A stretch of 18,726 nt of DNA from Candidatus Heimdallarchaeota archaeon (GCA_020353515.1 CP070695.1:3073528-3092253), one strand, 5' to 3'; positions 7,636 through 16,809 are shown, counted from the first letter of the stretch. Notes: generated by a model from the sequence alone, not told the origin. Made by a program: numbers and translations.

Positions 7636-9270
7636 ATGGCTATGGTAAAGGAAATAGACAGGGTAAAAAAGTTATTAGAGAAAGGGAAGTTAAACGAAGC
7701 ACTAACGAAAATAGACCAACTGGATAAAAGGACGGATCTTTCTAATGATGACAAAATTGAGATTCTTTTACTAAAAAGCACTATTTTTATGAAGTTAGGG
7801 GAATTTGAACTAAGTAACGATATACTAGGGGAGTTTCTTGGGAAGAAAAATATTGATCCCTTGCACACTGTTGATGCCTTGATAATTAAAGCAGAGAATT
7901 TAGATCGTCAAGCTGAATATGACGAGGGGTTAGAGATAGTTAGCGAGGGTGAGGAACTCCTCAAACAATTAACTCAAATTGAGCAAAAGGAGATTTCAAA
8001 GAGGCAAAGTATTCTATTAAGACGCAAAGGGGGTATTTATTCAATGAAAGGAGACTTAGATAGTGCGTTAAACTTAACTCAACAAAGTCTGAAGTTAGCT
8101 AGAGAAATAAAAGACCAAAGCCTCATTTCAGGAGCTCTCAATAATATTGGCATAATTTTTCAGGAGAAAGGGGACAACGATAACGCTTTAGACTATTTTC
8201 GACAGAGTTTGGCTATAGCTCAGGAAATTGGCAAAAAATATGACTTAGCATTCCCTCTTGGTAACATTGGCATTATTTATCGTAGGAAAGGAGATTTTAC
8301 CAAAGCGCTAGAAAATTTTCAACAAAGTTTGGCTATATACCAAGAAATTGGCGATAAACGAGGAATATCAGTTCTTCTTTTTTTTATTGGTGAAACTTAT
8401 GCGCAGAAAGGTGAACTTGATGATGCTCTAGATCATTATGAGCAAAGTATTGTACCAATGGAAGAGATTGGTGATAAATTTTTCCTTGGAAATACTCTTT
8501 TGGGCATTGGTGAAGTTCATAGACAGAGAGGTGACTTTACCCAAGCCAATGATTATTTTAAAAGGAGTTTAGTACTATTTGAAGAAATTGGGAACAATAT
8601 CCATATCTCAGAAAATGTTCTGCTATTGCTGTTAACAGCTATCAACAATAATTCATTTTCACAGGCAAAGAATTTCCTTGGACGTTTACAACAGATCAAT
8701 GACTTAGAAGACAATTTAATAGTCAGTCAATACTTTCGTTTAGCACACGCGATAATACTGAAAAATAGCACTCGTATGTCAGGAAAGGTAAAATCCCAAG
8801 AAATCCTTCATGATCTGGTTAATGAAAAAAGTTTTTCCTATCAAATAACTTTTCACGCCATGTTAAGCCTCTGTGAGTTATTAGTTGACGAATTGAAATT
8901 GTTTGGTGAAGAAGAAGTTCAGAAACAAGTTAAATCGTTACTTAATAGAATCAATGTTATAGCTTTTGAACAACATGCGTCTCCTTTAATCGTACAAACA
9001 TTATTGTTGCAGGCTAAATTCTCATTAGTTGAAGGTAATGCCCAACAAGCTAACAAATTACTTGATAAAGCAAGAGTTACAGCTAATGAAAGTGGGTTGG
9101 AATTGTTAGCTGTTAATGTGTCTAACGAACAGGAAAATCTCTATCGCGAACTAGATAAATGGAAAGAGCTTTTTCATCGGAATGCTCCTCTGGTGGAACG
9201 ACTTGATATGGCTCAACTCAATGATTATATTTCGAATGCTCTCGATATGGTAAGAACAAGGAAAAACTGA
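7636..9270 (+). CDS. Tetratricopeptide-repeat protein (544 aa) with conserved C-terminal helical domain
   Basis: About 40-aa repeats such as LNNIGIIFQEKGDNDNALDYFRQSLAIAQEIG; C-terminus shared with the other two TPR genes. Confidence 0.93.
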   Translation: MAMVKEIDRVKKLLEKGKLNEALTKIDQLDKRTDLSNDDKIEILLLKSTIFMKLGEFELSNDILGEFLGKKNIDPLHTVDALIIKAENLDRQAEYDEGLEIVSEGEELLKQLTQIEQKEISKRQSILLRRKGGIYSMKGDLDSALNLTQQSLKLAREIKDQSLISGALNNIGIIFQEKGDNDNALDYFRQSLAIAQEIGKKYDLAFPLGNIGIIYRRKGDFTKALENFQQSLAIYQEIGDKRGISVLLFFIGETYAQKGELDDALDHYEQSIVPMEEIGDKFFLGNTLLGIGEVHRQRGDFTQANDYFKRSLVLFEEIGNNIHISENVLLLLLTAINNNSFSQAKNFLGRLQQINDLEDNLIVSQYFRLAHAIILKNSTRMSGKVKSQEILHDLVNEKSFSYQITFHAMLSLCELLVDELKLFGEEEVQKQVKSLLNRINVIAFEQHASPLIVQTLLLQAKFSLVEGNAQQANKLLDKARVTANESGLELLAVNVSNEQENLYRELDKWKELFHRNAPLVERLDMAQLNDYISNALDMVRTRKN

Positions 9271-9412
9271 TGACACAGAGTTCGTTTGAAAAGTCTTGAA
9301 GAAACTATTTCCTGTTATGTACAGGTTTGTCCTCCTAGTAGAATATTCCGTGTATAGCCACTTTATAACGGGTGTCGGGCGAATTCTAAGTAGTTATTCT
9401 CTATTTCATTAA

Positions 9413-11434
9413 TTATTGATTAATCATGTCAGCTGTCGGGCGCACCCACGCTTCCTGAATTTTTTTTGCATCTGCAATATAGCTTGCGATACGTGCCCGT
9501 TCTACCCGTTCCTGAATCGACGCCTTGCGTTGGATTAATTCGTCCCACTTATCTAGTTCAGCTTGGACAGTTTCCTGCTCCAATTTGACTTTGGAGAGTA
9601 GACTAATGAGTTTTTTCTCCTCTGCAATTCTTTTGGCAGTAATAAGAAGATCATTCGCCTCCTCAATCTTACCTTTAACTAGCATTAATTTTGTTTGTAA
9701 AATAAGCGACATTACTGTGAGCAATGGAGATTTTTGACTTTGAGCGATGTTATAAAGATCCCCTGAGAGTCTTATTACTTCTGCTAACAACTCCTCGGGT
9801 GTCTCTGAAATTTGCAATTCCAAGATAAGTAATTCACAAAGGTTCAACATTGCCAAGATAGTAATGCTATGGTCAATAATTTCGTCTTCAATAATCGCTT
9901 GGAAAATTTGTTGAGCTTGGAGTTTCTTTACACCTCGTTTACTCATTTTTAAGACTATAGCCTCTGAAAAACGAGTTATTAGCTTAACAAATTTGCTTTC
10001 AGTTTCTTGTTGAACATCCTGTGCCTGTTTAAGGTATTCTTCTGCTATTTTAACAGCATTTAGATCTTGTGCTACAAGTATCACATGAAACAGGAAATAA
10101 GAGAACCAAAATGACACTACACCCCTTCCACCTATTACTGCTTTCTTAAGTGACGCCATTCCTTCCTCTAAAAACTTCAAAGATTGATCTAATTTTCCAA
10201 GAAGCTTATAGATTACACCGAGTTGCCCGTGACAAATTGAAATTCCAATTTTTACATTTTGTTTAGTAAAAATATCTAGGCTTTGACTGATAGTCTCTAA
10301 AGCCAGGTCTAGTTCTCCCTGGAGAGTATAGACGACTGATTGTCTCTGAAAAGACCAAGCAATGCCTGTATCATTATTATATTGTTTACATAATTCTAAG
10401 CATTCATTATAGTAATCGAAAGCAAGATTTAAGTCTCCTGTTCCTAAATAATGGACGTCCCCAATGCTCATTAAGCACATTGGTATACGAAATAGATTAC
10501 CTATCTCCTTATAGATGTCTAAACTTTGTTGATAATAATTTAAGGCAGTATCAAACTCACATTTTAGAGAATGAGATAATCCAATATTAGCAAAAATTAG
10601 TGCAACTGAATTTTCATCATCAAGTTGCTTTTTTATTTCTAAGGCTTTTTCAAAATAATTTAATGCAAGATCATACATTTCCTTGTACATGTACGTAATA
10701 GCAATATTATTGTTTAACCCAGCTATCCATTCCCTATTATCTACTTCTTGATAGAGGGCAAGACTTTTTTCAAAATAAGAGAGAGCTTTATCAAGGTTCG
10801 AATCGCTTTTATAATAAGTACCTAATCTATTGAGAGAATAAGCAATGGCTGTCTTATTACCAAGTTTTTCACTAATGGTTAAGCTTCTCTTAAAAAAATC
10901 AAAAGCAAGTTTGAGTTTTCCGGTAACTTCTGAATGAACCCAACCAATAGCTATCAATGTTTCCACAATATCATGCTGGTCATCGAGTGCTTGTCTAATA
11001 ACTAAACTTTTATCTAATAATATCAAAGATTGTTGTGTTTCACCTGTATAAAGATGCAGATATCCTTGTAAATACGCTAGTGAACCTTGACATTCCCTCT
11101 TATCAGTTTGGGGTACCTGTTTAATATCAAGAAGCAATTGTTCACCCTTTTGAATGACCATTGTTAACTCTACTAAATTTCGAAGAGATAGATAGCAATA
11201 ACCTAAGCTTATGAGTGCTTTTAGTTCTTGAAGCTTCATCCCCTTCGTCTGACTCTCCTTAATCGTTTGTTCTGCTACCTCTAGTGCCTTTTTCGCCTCT
11301 CCCATTCGTTCTAAGATGCGACTTTTTAGGATCATTCCCTCTAACTTATCTTCCTCTCCTAATTCCTCTATTATCTCAAGTGTTTGATTGTATTTCCCGT
11401 GTTGCATCAATTCTTTAATTTTTAGGATCCCCAT
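9413..11434 (-). CDS. Tetratricopeptide-repeat protein (about 673 aa), paralog
   Basis: TPR repeats (SLNRLGTYY..ALSYFEKSLALYQE); ATG 11434 (MGILKIKELM) aligns with the paralogs' N-termini, so preferred over TTG 11545. Confidence 0.92.
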   Translation of the reverse strand: MGILKIKELMQHGKYNQTLEIIEELGEEDKLEGMILKSRILERMGEAKKALEVAEQTIKESQTKGMKLQELKALISLGYCYLSLRNLVELTMVIQKGEQLLLDIKQVPQTDKRECQGSLAYLQGYLHLYTGETQQSLILLDKSLVIRQALDDQHDIVETLIAIGWVHSEVTGKLKLAFDFFKRSLTISEKLGNKTAIAYSLNRLGTYYKSDSNLDKALSYFEKSLALYQEVDNREWIAGLNNNIAITYMYKEMYDLALNYFEKALEIKKQLDDENSVALIFANIGLSHSLKCEFDTALNYYQQSLDIYKEIGNLFRIPMCLMSIGDVHYLGTGDLNLAFDYYNECLELCKQYNNDTGIAWSFQRQSVVYTLQGELDLALETISQSLDIFTKQNVKIGISICHGQLGVIYKLLGKLDQSLKFLEEGMASLKKAVIGGRGVVSFWFSYFLFHVILVAQDLNAVKIAEEYLKQAQDVQQETESKFVKLITRFSEAIVLKMSKRGVKKLQAQQIFQAIIEDEIIDHSITILAMLNLCELLILELQISETPEELLAEVIRLSGDLYNIAQSQKSPLLTVMSLILQTKLMLVKGKIEEANDLLITAKRIAEEKKLISLLSKVKLEQETVQAELDKWDELIQRKASIQERVERARIASYIADAKKIQEAWVRPTADMINQ

Positions 11435-11571
11435 CGTTGAAATTTCATCCCTTAAACGCTTTTTTTTTAAAAAAAGTTCATTCTGTAACCTCAAGATATT
11501 TTCAAGTATGAATAACTTTCTATGGAACAATATAATTTTTCTCAAGATGTGATATGTGATGTCGTTTTGTC

Positions 11572-11739
11572 TCCATCATCAGTGGCAAACGCCTCCTCCA
11601 ATATGAGAATTCTGGTCGGATCGGCACTATGGTGATTGCTGCTCTCAATCTGTTCAATTTTCCCTTTGGCACCATTTTTGCCATTGCGGCGCTCTATGTC
11701 TTGTCTCAATCTGAAGTCGAACAGCTCTATACGCAATAG
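11572..11739 (+). pseudogene. Block C copy 2: 3' end of the same membrane-protein gene (SIISGKRLLQYENSGRIGTMVIAALNLFNFPFGTIFAIAALYVLSQSEVEQLYTQ*)
   Basis: Versus copy 1: 9 synonymous and 3 non-synonymous codon differences; in-frame TGA at 11557-11559 upstream; 3' similarity ends at half-site ACTTCCCTTGT-CATTTA (11842-11858). Confidence 0.78.
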
Positions 11740-11887
11740 AGTCTTTTCATGGGTGGAGGGAGTTTTTCCCCTTTTCTCATTTTTCTTGTGGGTTTTTCAG
11801 TCTGTTTGGGTAGTCTTTCTTGAAGGAAATATTACCTTCTTACTTCCCTTGTCATTTAGATCAGAGGAGTTTTAGGCTTTTCACCAT

Positions 11888-12379
11888 TTATGAATTCTCT
11901 TTAACTTCATTTATTTTCGCTTCTAACTCGTTTGTATTTAGTATTTCAAATTCTGTGTTAATTTCTCTGACTCTATTCAACCATTTCGTTTTTAACAGCT
12001 TTTTTAGTGTGATATCTTCGCTTACAAGAACATTTGCATGGATTATGGCGCTTGCTAGTACTAAACAATCAATATAATCTGAATGATCATACCTAAAGTC
12101 AAATGCTAATCTCTGTACTTCTCCATTCCAAGGATCTATTGATGAGATGTTTCTCCAACTGGTTAATGCATTTATTCCATCAATTACATCATTCACTGTC
12201 AATTTTCCTGCTTTTATCATTTTTGCCCCCTTTGTAGATAGTTCAAATAATGTTATGGAAGAGAATTGCAATTCAAAAGGTTTTTTTTGGTGGATAAGTG
12301 AGATGATTTCTGGAGAAGATTTTTCCACCTTTACTTTTATCAGAGGAAAAAAGTATGAAGAATCAAATAAGATCTTCAC
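11888..12379 (-). CDS. vapC: PIN-domain toxin VapC
   Basis: ILFDSS, SSITLFEL, DYIDCLVLASA, LVSED PIN motifs; 4-bp overlap with upstream antitoxin. Confidence 0.9.
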   Translation of the reverse strand: MKILFDSSYFFPLIKVKVEKSSPEIISLIHQKKPFELQFSSITLFELSTKGAKMIKAGKLTVNDVIDGINALTSWRNISSIDPWNGEVQRLAFDFRYDHSDYIDCLVLASAIIHANVLVSEDITLKKLLKTKWLNRVREINTEFEILNTNELEAKINEVKENS

Positions 12380-12624
12380 CTTTCTAGCTCCTTCGAGAGT
12401 GTTAATCGATCCTTTTTGAACTCCTTCCAGCTAATGTTGATCTTTGAGGGTTGTGACAATAAGATAATTGGATCTGGAATTTTTTCAATGATTAAGCGAC
12501 CATGTATTACCGAATACTTTATTTTTTGGTTCTTTTTAAGTCCAATCGCTTCTCTTATCTTTTTTGAGGGGAATAATTCCCCTTTTGACCCGACTTTTCC
12601 TTCATCTGTTGTCATTCTTTCCAC
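12376..12624 (-). CDS. vapB: AbrB/MazE/SpoVT-family antitoxin (VapB)
   Basis: KVGSKGELFPSKKIREAIGLKKNQKI...GRLIIEKI swapped-hairpin pattern; upstream of vapC (alternative ATG at 12615). Confidence 0.88.
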   Translation of the reverse strand: MERMTTDEGKVGSKGELFPSKKIREAIGLKKNQKIKYSVIHGRLIIEKIPDPIILLSQPSKINISWKEFKKDRLTLSKELER

Positions 12625-12700
12625 TCGACTATCTAATATTTTTTCTGGTATATATAGTTTTTTCTGGTGATTGAGCTACATCTATCTAATTTTAAGTTGT

Positions 12701-12820
12701 ATTGGCATTTTGGTGAGTGCTGCCCTCAATCTGCTCAATTTTCCCTTTGGTACCATTTTTGCCATCGCGGCGCTCTATGTCTTGTCTCAATCAGAGGTTG
12801 AACAACTCTATACCAAGTAG
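12701..12820 (+). pseudogene. Block C copy 3: shorter 3' end of the same gene (IGILVSAALNLLNFPFGTIFAIAALYVLSQSEVEQLYTK*)
   Basis: Versus copy 2: 9 synonymous and 5 non-synonymous codon differences; the repeat continues through the 3' UTR to 12904. Confidence 0.75.
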
Positions 12821-12887
12821 TTTCTTTTTCATGTGCGGAGGGAGTTGTGTCCCCTTTTCTCTTTTTTTTGGTGGATGTTTCTTTCTA

Positions 12888-12915
12888 CTATCCAATGTCG
12901 TTAAACGTTGGGTAT
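12888..12915 (+). other. Putative 11-6-11 recombination site
   Basis: CTATCCAATGT-CGTTAA-ACGTTGGGTAT; arms are 8/11 inverted-complementary; block C ends here and is followed by non-B sequence. Confidence 0.6.
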
Positions 12916-13102
12916 CACTAGTTTTTTATATAAATAACACTTTTTCACTTTATTATTGTCAAAAGTCCTCAGGATTGATTAATAACATTATGATTTTATA
13001 TCATTTCAAGCTTTAAACCTGCGTTCATCTTAAAACTTTAAAATATGATTTCAAACTTATTTCTAATAAGAAACAAACCTATTGTTGATCTCCTCAAACG
13101 AT

Positions 13103-13147
13103 TTTTTTAATTCCAATCCTGGAGCAGAGAGGATTGAAATTAAAGAA
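13103..13147. promoter_or_regulatory. Long inverted repeat upstream of the protease gene
   Basis: TTTAATTCCAATCCT-N9-AGGATTGAAATTAAA, 14/15 paired (13106-13144). Confidence 0.45.
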
Positions 13148-13181
13148 TGGATTTCGGCAATATTAAGGTGGTTATGAAGTT

Positions 13182-15323
13182 TTGGAGAAGAAGAAAGCAA
13201 TTTTATCAAGTGTTATTGTGACACTATTGTGTTCTATTTTAATTTCTTTTAACATGATTTCTGCTAATTCGAAATATGCTTTGACGGAAGTGAGAAGTGC
13301 TCATTTTCCATCAACAACTCAAAATTTGGGCTTTGACCTTGATAGGAAATCTAATGTTTTATCAAATGAGCAATTACTCTTTAAAAGTTCCAATTCTACA
13401 AAATCTTGGACTTATATGTTGTATCTTGATGCAGATAATGATATAGAAAGAGATGCAATTCAAGATCTAGAGGAGATTGAACGTGGTGTAGGGAGTAGTG
13501 CTGATATCAATGTCGTAATCTTATTCGATAGAATCCCTGGTTACGATGATAGCCATGGAAATTGGAGTGGCAGCCGTTATTATTTGGCTTCTGAGGATCT
13601 TTCAATGTTTACGATTGATTCAGTTTTATTAGAAGACTTAGGAGAAGTAGATATGGGTGACCCAAACACGCTAAATAATTTCTTAAATTTTTGTTTTGAG
13701 AATTATCCCGCTGAGAAGTATTGTCTAGACTTATGGGATCACGGCTGGGGGGCCCATGGAATGTGTGCCGATGAAACGGAAGGCTCTGGGTTAACACTGG
13801 AAAATATCCAATATGCCCTTTTGAACTCCACTGTTGCCTATGGAACTGAAATTGATGTTATTTCTATGGATGCTTGCGACATGAATACCTTAGAGGTCGC
13901 TTGGGAGTTGCGAAATCTTTGTGAGTATTTTGTAGCTACAGAAGATGTAACAAATGGCTATGAATATGAACCCATTATTCGAGGATTACTGGAAAGCCCC
14001 GAAATAACTTCCTTTGAACTTAGCAAATTAATGGTTGACGTATATGCAAATGAATTCAATTCAGTGTCCTTTACTTGCCTATCTGTTATAAACGAATCTC
14101 GTATAGACGATGTTATACCCTATATCAACAATTTCGCCGAACAACTAACTTATGTTTTAACTGAATTGGGGTATAAACCATTGTTTTCGTGGGTAAGAAA
14201 AAATACTCCCGATTTCTTTGGAAAGGACTTTGTAGATTTAATTAATTTTGCTGAAAAAATGAATTCCTGTTCCAATTATGAGCCCCTCCAAATAGCAGCA
14301 AATGAACTCGTAATATTTCTTAAACAATTAGTAGTTTATAATTGGCAACATAGTTCTTACATTGGAGCTGCAAACGGAATAAGCATCTTTTTACCTTACA
14401 CTAATAAGAATTTTACATATTACATTCTGGATAATTATGTGAATCAGAGAGGTCCTTTTGAAGGAATGGATTGGCAAAGGGATTCACAGTGGGATGAGTT
14501 TTTAGAGCTATACTTGAGTCAGAGTTATTATTTGGCTCAACCAAGTCCTTATCGACTTTTTTTAGGAGAGAAAACAGAGGAGTTTACTCTTAATCAAGAT
14601 GAAGGAAAACTATTCCGAATAGGAGGTTGTCAAAAATCAACCTATGAATTTACTTGCAATATATTATCTGGAGATGTTGATATGCAAGTGTTAAGCGTAG
14701 ATGGTCATCTTGGTGGGAGTTACCTTATTAATCCAGAAGACGGTTCAACTGAGAATTGTCGTTTTTATCTCCCATATGGTTCTTACTATCTTTTTCTCCG
14801 TGGAAAAATTCCTGTATCTAGTTATACAGTTGAAGTAAATCAATATCTCCCTCAAAACCTCTCTTGTAACACCCCATATCGTGCTTCTGGAGGTACAAGA
14901 CAAGGAGATAGTACAGGACATTTCATTCAAGACTTACATCATTACTTTCAAGTTGAAATAGGAAAAGGAAATTATACAATAATTCTCAGTAATTCAGAAA
15001 CAGCAAATTACCAATTAACACTCTATGATGACTCTTGGATTCAACTCCTTCTTTGTAAACCAGCAGGTTTTGGACAAGCTTTTACTTTGAATTACACTTC
15101 CACTAACAGTGAAACTGTCTTATATTTTGAAGTAGTTGGACTTGAAGGTGCAGGAAGTTTTACAATAGAAATAAATGATGGAATGTCTACTCTGTCATCA
15201 GAAGAATCATCTAGACTACCAAACACATCTACTTCCGAATCTTCTTGTGGATTTTTGTATTCTTTTGTTATTTTAATTGGAATAATTTTAACTTTCCAGA
15301 AAAAGCATAGAAAATACTTGTAA
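13182..15323 (+). CDS. Clostripain-related cysteine peptidase (family C11), secreted and C-terminally anchored
   Basis: Signal peptide; WTYMLYLDADNDIE, DMGDP, LWDHG (catalytic His) and MDACDM (catalytic Cys); beta-rich C-terminal domains, Ser/Thr linker, GF plus TM helix plus basic tail. Confidence 0.92.
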   Translation: MEKKKAILSSVIVTLLCSILISFNMISANSKYALTEVRSAHFPSTTQNLGFDLDRKSNVLSNEQLLFKSSNSTKSWTYMLYLDADNDIERDAIQDLEEIERGVGSSADINVVILFDRIPGYDDSHGNWSGSRYYLASEDLSMFTIDSVLLEDLGEVDMGDPNTLNNFLNFCFENYPAEKYCLDLWDHGWGAHGMCADETEGSGLTLENIQYALLNSTVAYGTEIDVISMDACDMNTLEVAWELRNLCEYFVATEDVTNGYEYEPIIRGLLESPEITSFELSKLMVDVYANEFNSVSFTCLSVINESRIDDVIPYINNFAEQLTYVLTELGYKPLFSWVRKNTPDFFGKDFVDLINFAEKMNSCSNYEPLQIAANELVIFLKQLVVYNWQHSSYIGAANGISIFLPYTNKNFTYYILDNYVNQRGPFEGMDWQRDSQWDEFLELYLSQSYYLAQPSPYRLFLGEKTEEFTLNQDEGKLFRIGGCQKSTYEFTCNILSGDVDMQVLSVDGHLGGSYLINPEDGSTENCRFYLPYGSYYLFLRGKIPVSSYTVEVNQYLPQNLSCNTPYRASGGTRQGDSTGHFIQDLHHYFQVEIGKGNYTIILSNSETANYQLTLYDDSWIQLLLCKPAGFGQAFTLNYTSTNSETVLYFEVVGLEGAGSFTIEINDGMSTLSSEESSRLPNTSTSESSCGFLYSFVILIGIILTFQKKHRKYL

Positions 15324-15332
15324 AAAGGTGTA

Positions 15333-15352
15333 GGAGGATTATTTTATCCTCC
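15333..15352. terminator. Hairpin between convergent genes
   Basis: GGAGGAT-TATTTT-ATCCTCC perfect 7-bp stem just after the protease stop; T-run at 15370-15376. Confidence 0.45.
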
Positions 15353-15429
15353 ATTGACCTGCATAGTTGTTTTTTTCGAGTAATCCTTGGTTATGTAGTT
15401 TCTTGAACGTATACCTTAAAAATTTCTAT

Positions 15430-15966
15430 TCAATTGAGGGTAGATTGGACAGATTTGCTAATAACGGTTTTTGCTGTATCTGCAAGCTTAAGTACTGGTT
15501 TTTTGTACTTATTAAGAAGTAAGCTGCTTGTCACAACTGATACAGAACTTAATGCCATAGCTAGACCAGCTAGTTCGGGTGGAAGAGTAATTTTAAGAAT
15601 AGGATATAATAACCCTGCAGCAATTGGTATTCCAGCGGTATTATACCCTAAAGCCCAGAACATGTTCAATCGAATTCGTCTCATGGTTTTTTTGCTTAGA
15701 TCAATCGCTGTAACAACATCACAGGGGTCATCTTTCATGAGAATAATATCTCCTGCTTCAATTGCAACGTCTGTTCCTGAACCTATCGCTATACCTACAT
15801 CGGATTGAGCTAAAGCTGGGGCATCATTTACACCATCTCCAACCATCGCAACTGTTAATCCTTTTGATTGAAGCTCTTTTACTTTCTCTGATTTTTCTCC
15901 TGGCAATACATCTGCAAAAATATCCTTGATTCCTAGTTGTTTCCCTATTGCATTTGCAGTTCTTGT
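15430..15966 (-). pseudogene. copA: 5'-truncated Cu(I)-translocating P1B-type ATPase (C-terminal about 180 aa only)
   Basis: [38 protein letters not shown] and MALSS copper-ATPase motifs; similarity stops just before the expected TGDN; no DKTGT or CPC upstream. Confidence 0.9.
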
Positions 15967-16033
15967 AATAAATTGGCACCAAGTGAGGGAATGATAAGAC
16001 TCACATTTGTTTATATAAAAATTGTGCAGATTC

Positions 16034-16086
16034 CGTTGGATATATTACCAAAAATACGTATATTAATACGTATAATGTACTTTAAC
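16034..16086 (+). repeat. Block A copy 2; ends in degenerate site ACGTATAATGT-ACTTTA-ACTCAGGATAA (16068-16095)
   Basis: 49/53 identical to 942-994, with unrelated flanks on both sides. Confidence 0.95.
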
Positions 16087-16358
16087 TCAGGATAAGTTAA
16101 TGAATATACATAAAATGGCATGTAACTTTAGATTACCACCAAATTTAAAATAAATGAATATTTTACAAAAAACCTACATTATGTTAATTGCCAGTTTTTC
16201 AGCTTCCGAAAAGCTCAAAGCAGTAGGTCAATCCTTGTTCAGTAGCACAGGTACGGAAGTGACAATCAGAAGTCCAACACTTATCTGTCATCCATCTACA
16301 CTTTTTACAAGATAGTTCAACAATTCATTCAGAACTACTTCCATTTAAGTCAAATTAA

Positions 16359-16700
16359 ATAATAGAACTATTTAGAGACGGACACATTTGGGATGAAATC
16401 GCTCCCTTAGCAAAAGACATTATCATCTACAAACCCTCTTATGGAGCTTTCTATGACACTCCATTGGAAACGATACTTCGGAATCTGGGAAAAGATACCA
16501 TCACCATTTGCAAGACATTAACGAATTATTGTTGTGGCATGAGAGCCCCCCAAGGGTATGAAAGAGGATTCAAGGTCGTGTTGGGGAGCGATTTGACGTC
16601 AACGAATGACCCAAAAATGCATGAAGAGGAACTAAAAGTCCTAAGGGCTGGATTAGCTTGTGTACTCTCTTTAGATGACATTCCCAAGGAAATAGCATAG
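16359..16700 (+). pseudogene. 5'-truncated isochorismatase-family cysteine hydrolase
   Basis: Frame extends upstream of the ORF-track start: IWDEIAP..IIIYKPSYGAFYDTPLETILRNLGKDT..TLTNYCC..GYERGFKVV..SD; stop at 16356-16358 and no N-terminal IDMQ-type motif. Confidence 0.82.
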
Positions 16701-16809
16701 ATTTGGAAATAAAAATAAACTCTACTTTAAGAATCTTCTCATTGAAAATTAAATGCTTACTGCTTCATGAGTTAAGTTAAAATACATCCCTTACACATGA
16801 TTAATTTAA

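Noticed and set aside
11542-11736. Minus-strand ORF containing FRLRQDIERRNGK, superficially like the IS4/IS5 Y-R-E-K transposase motif
   Set aside because: It is the antisense of block C. The equivalent frame has a stop in copy 1, the Lys spacing is wrong, and substitutions are explained by synonymy in the + frame.
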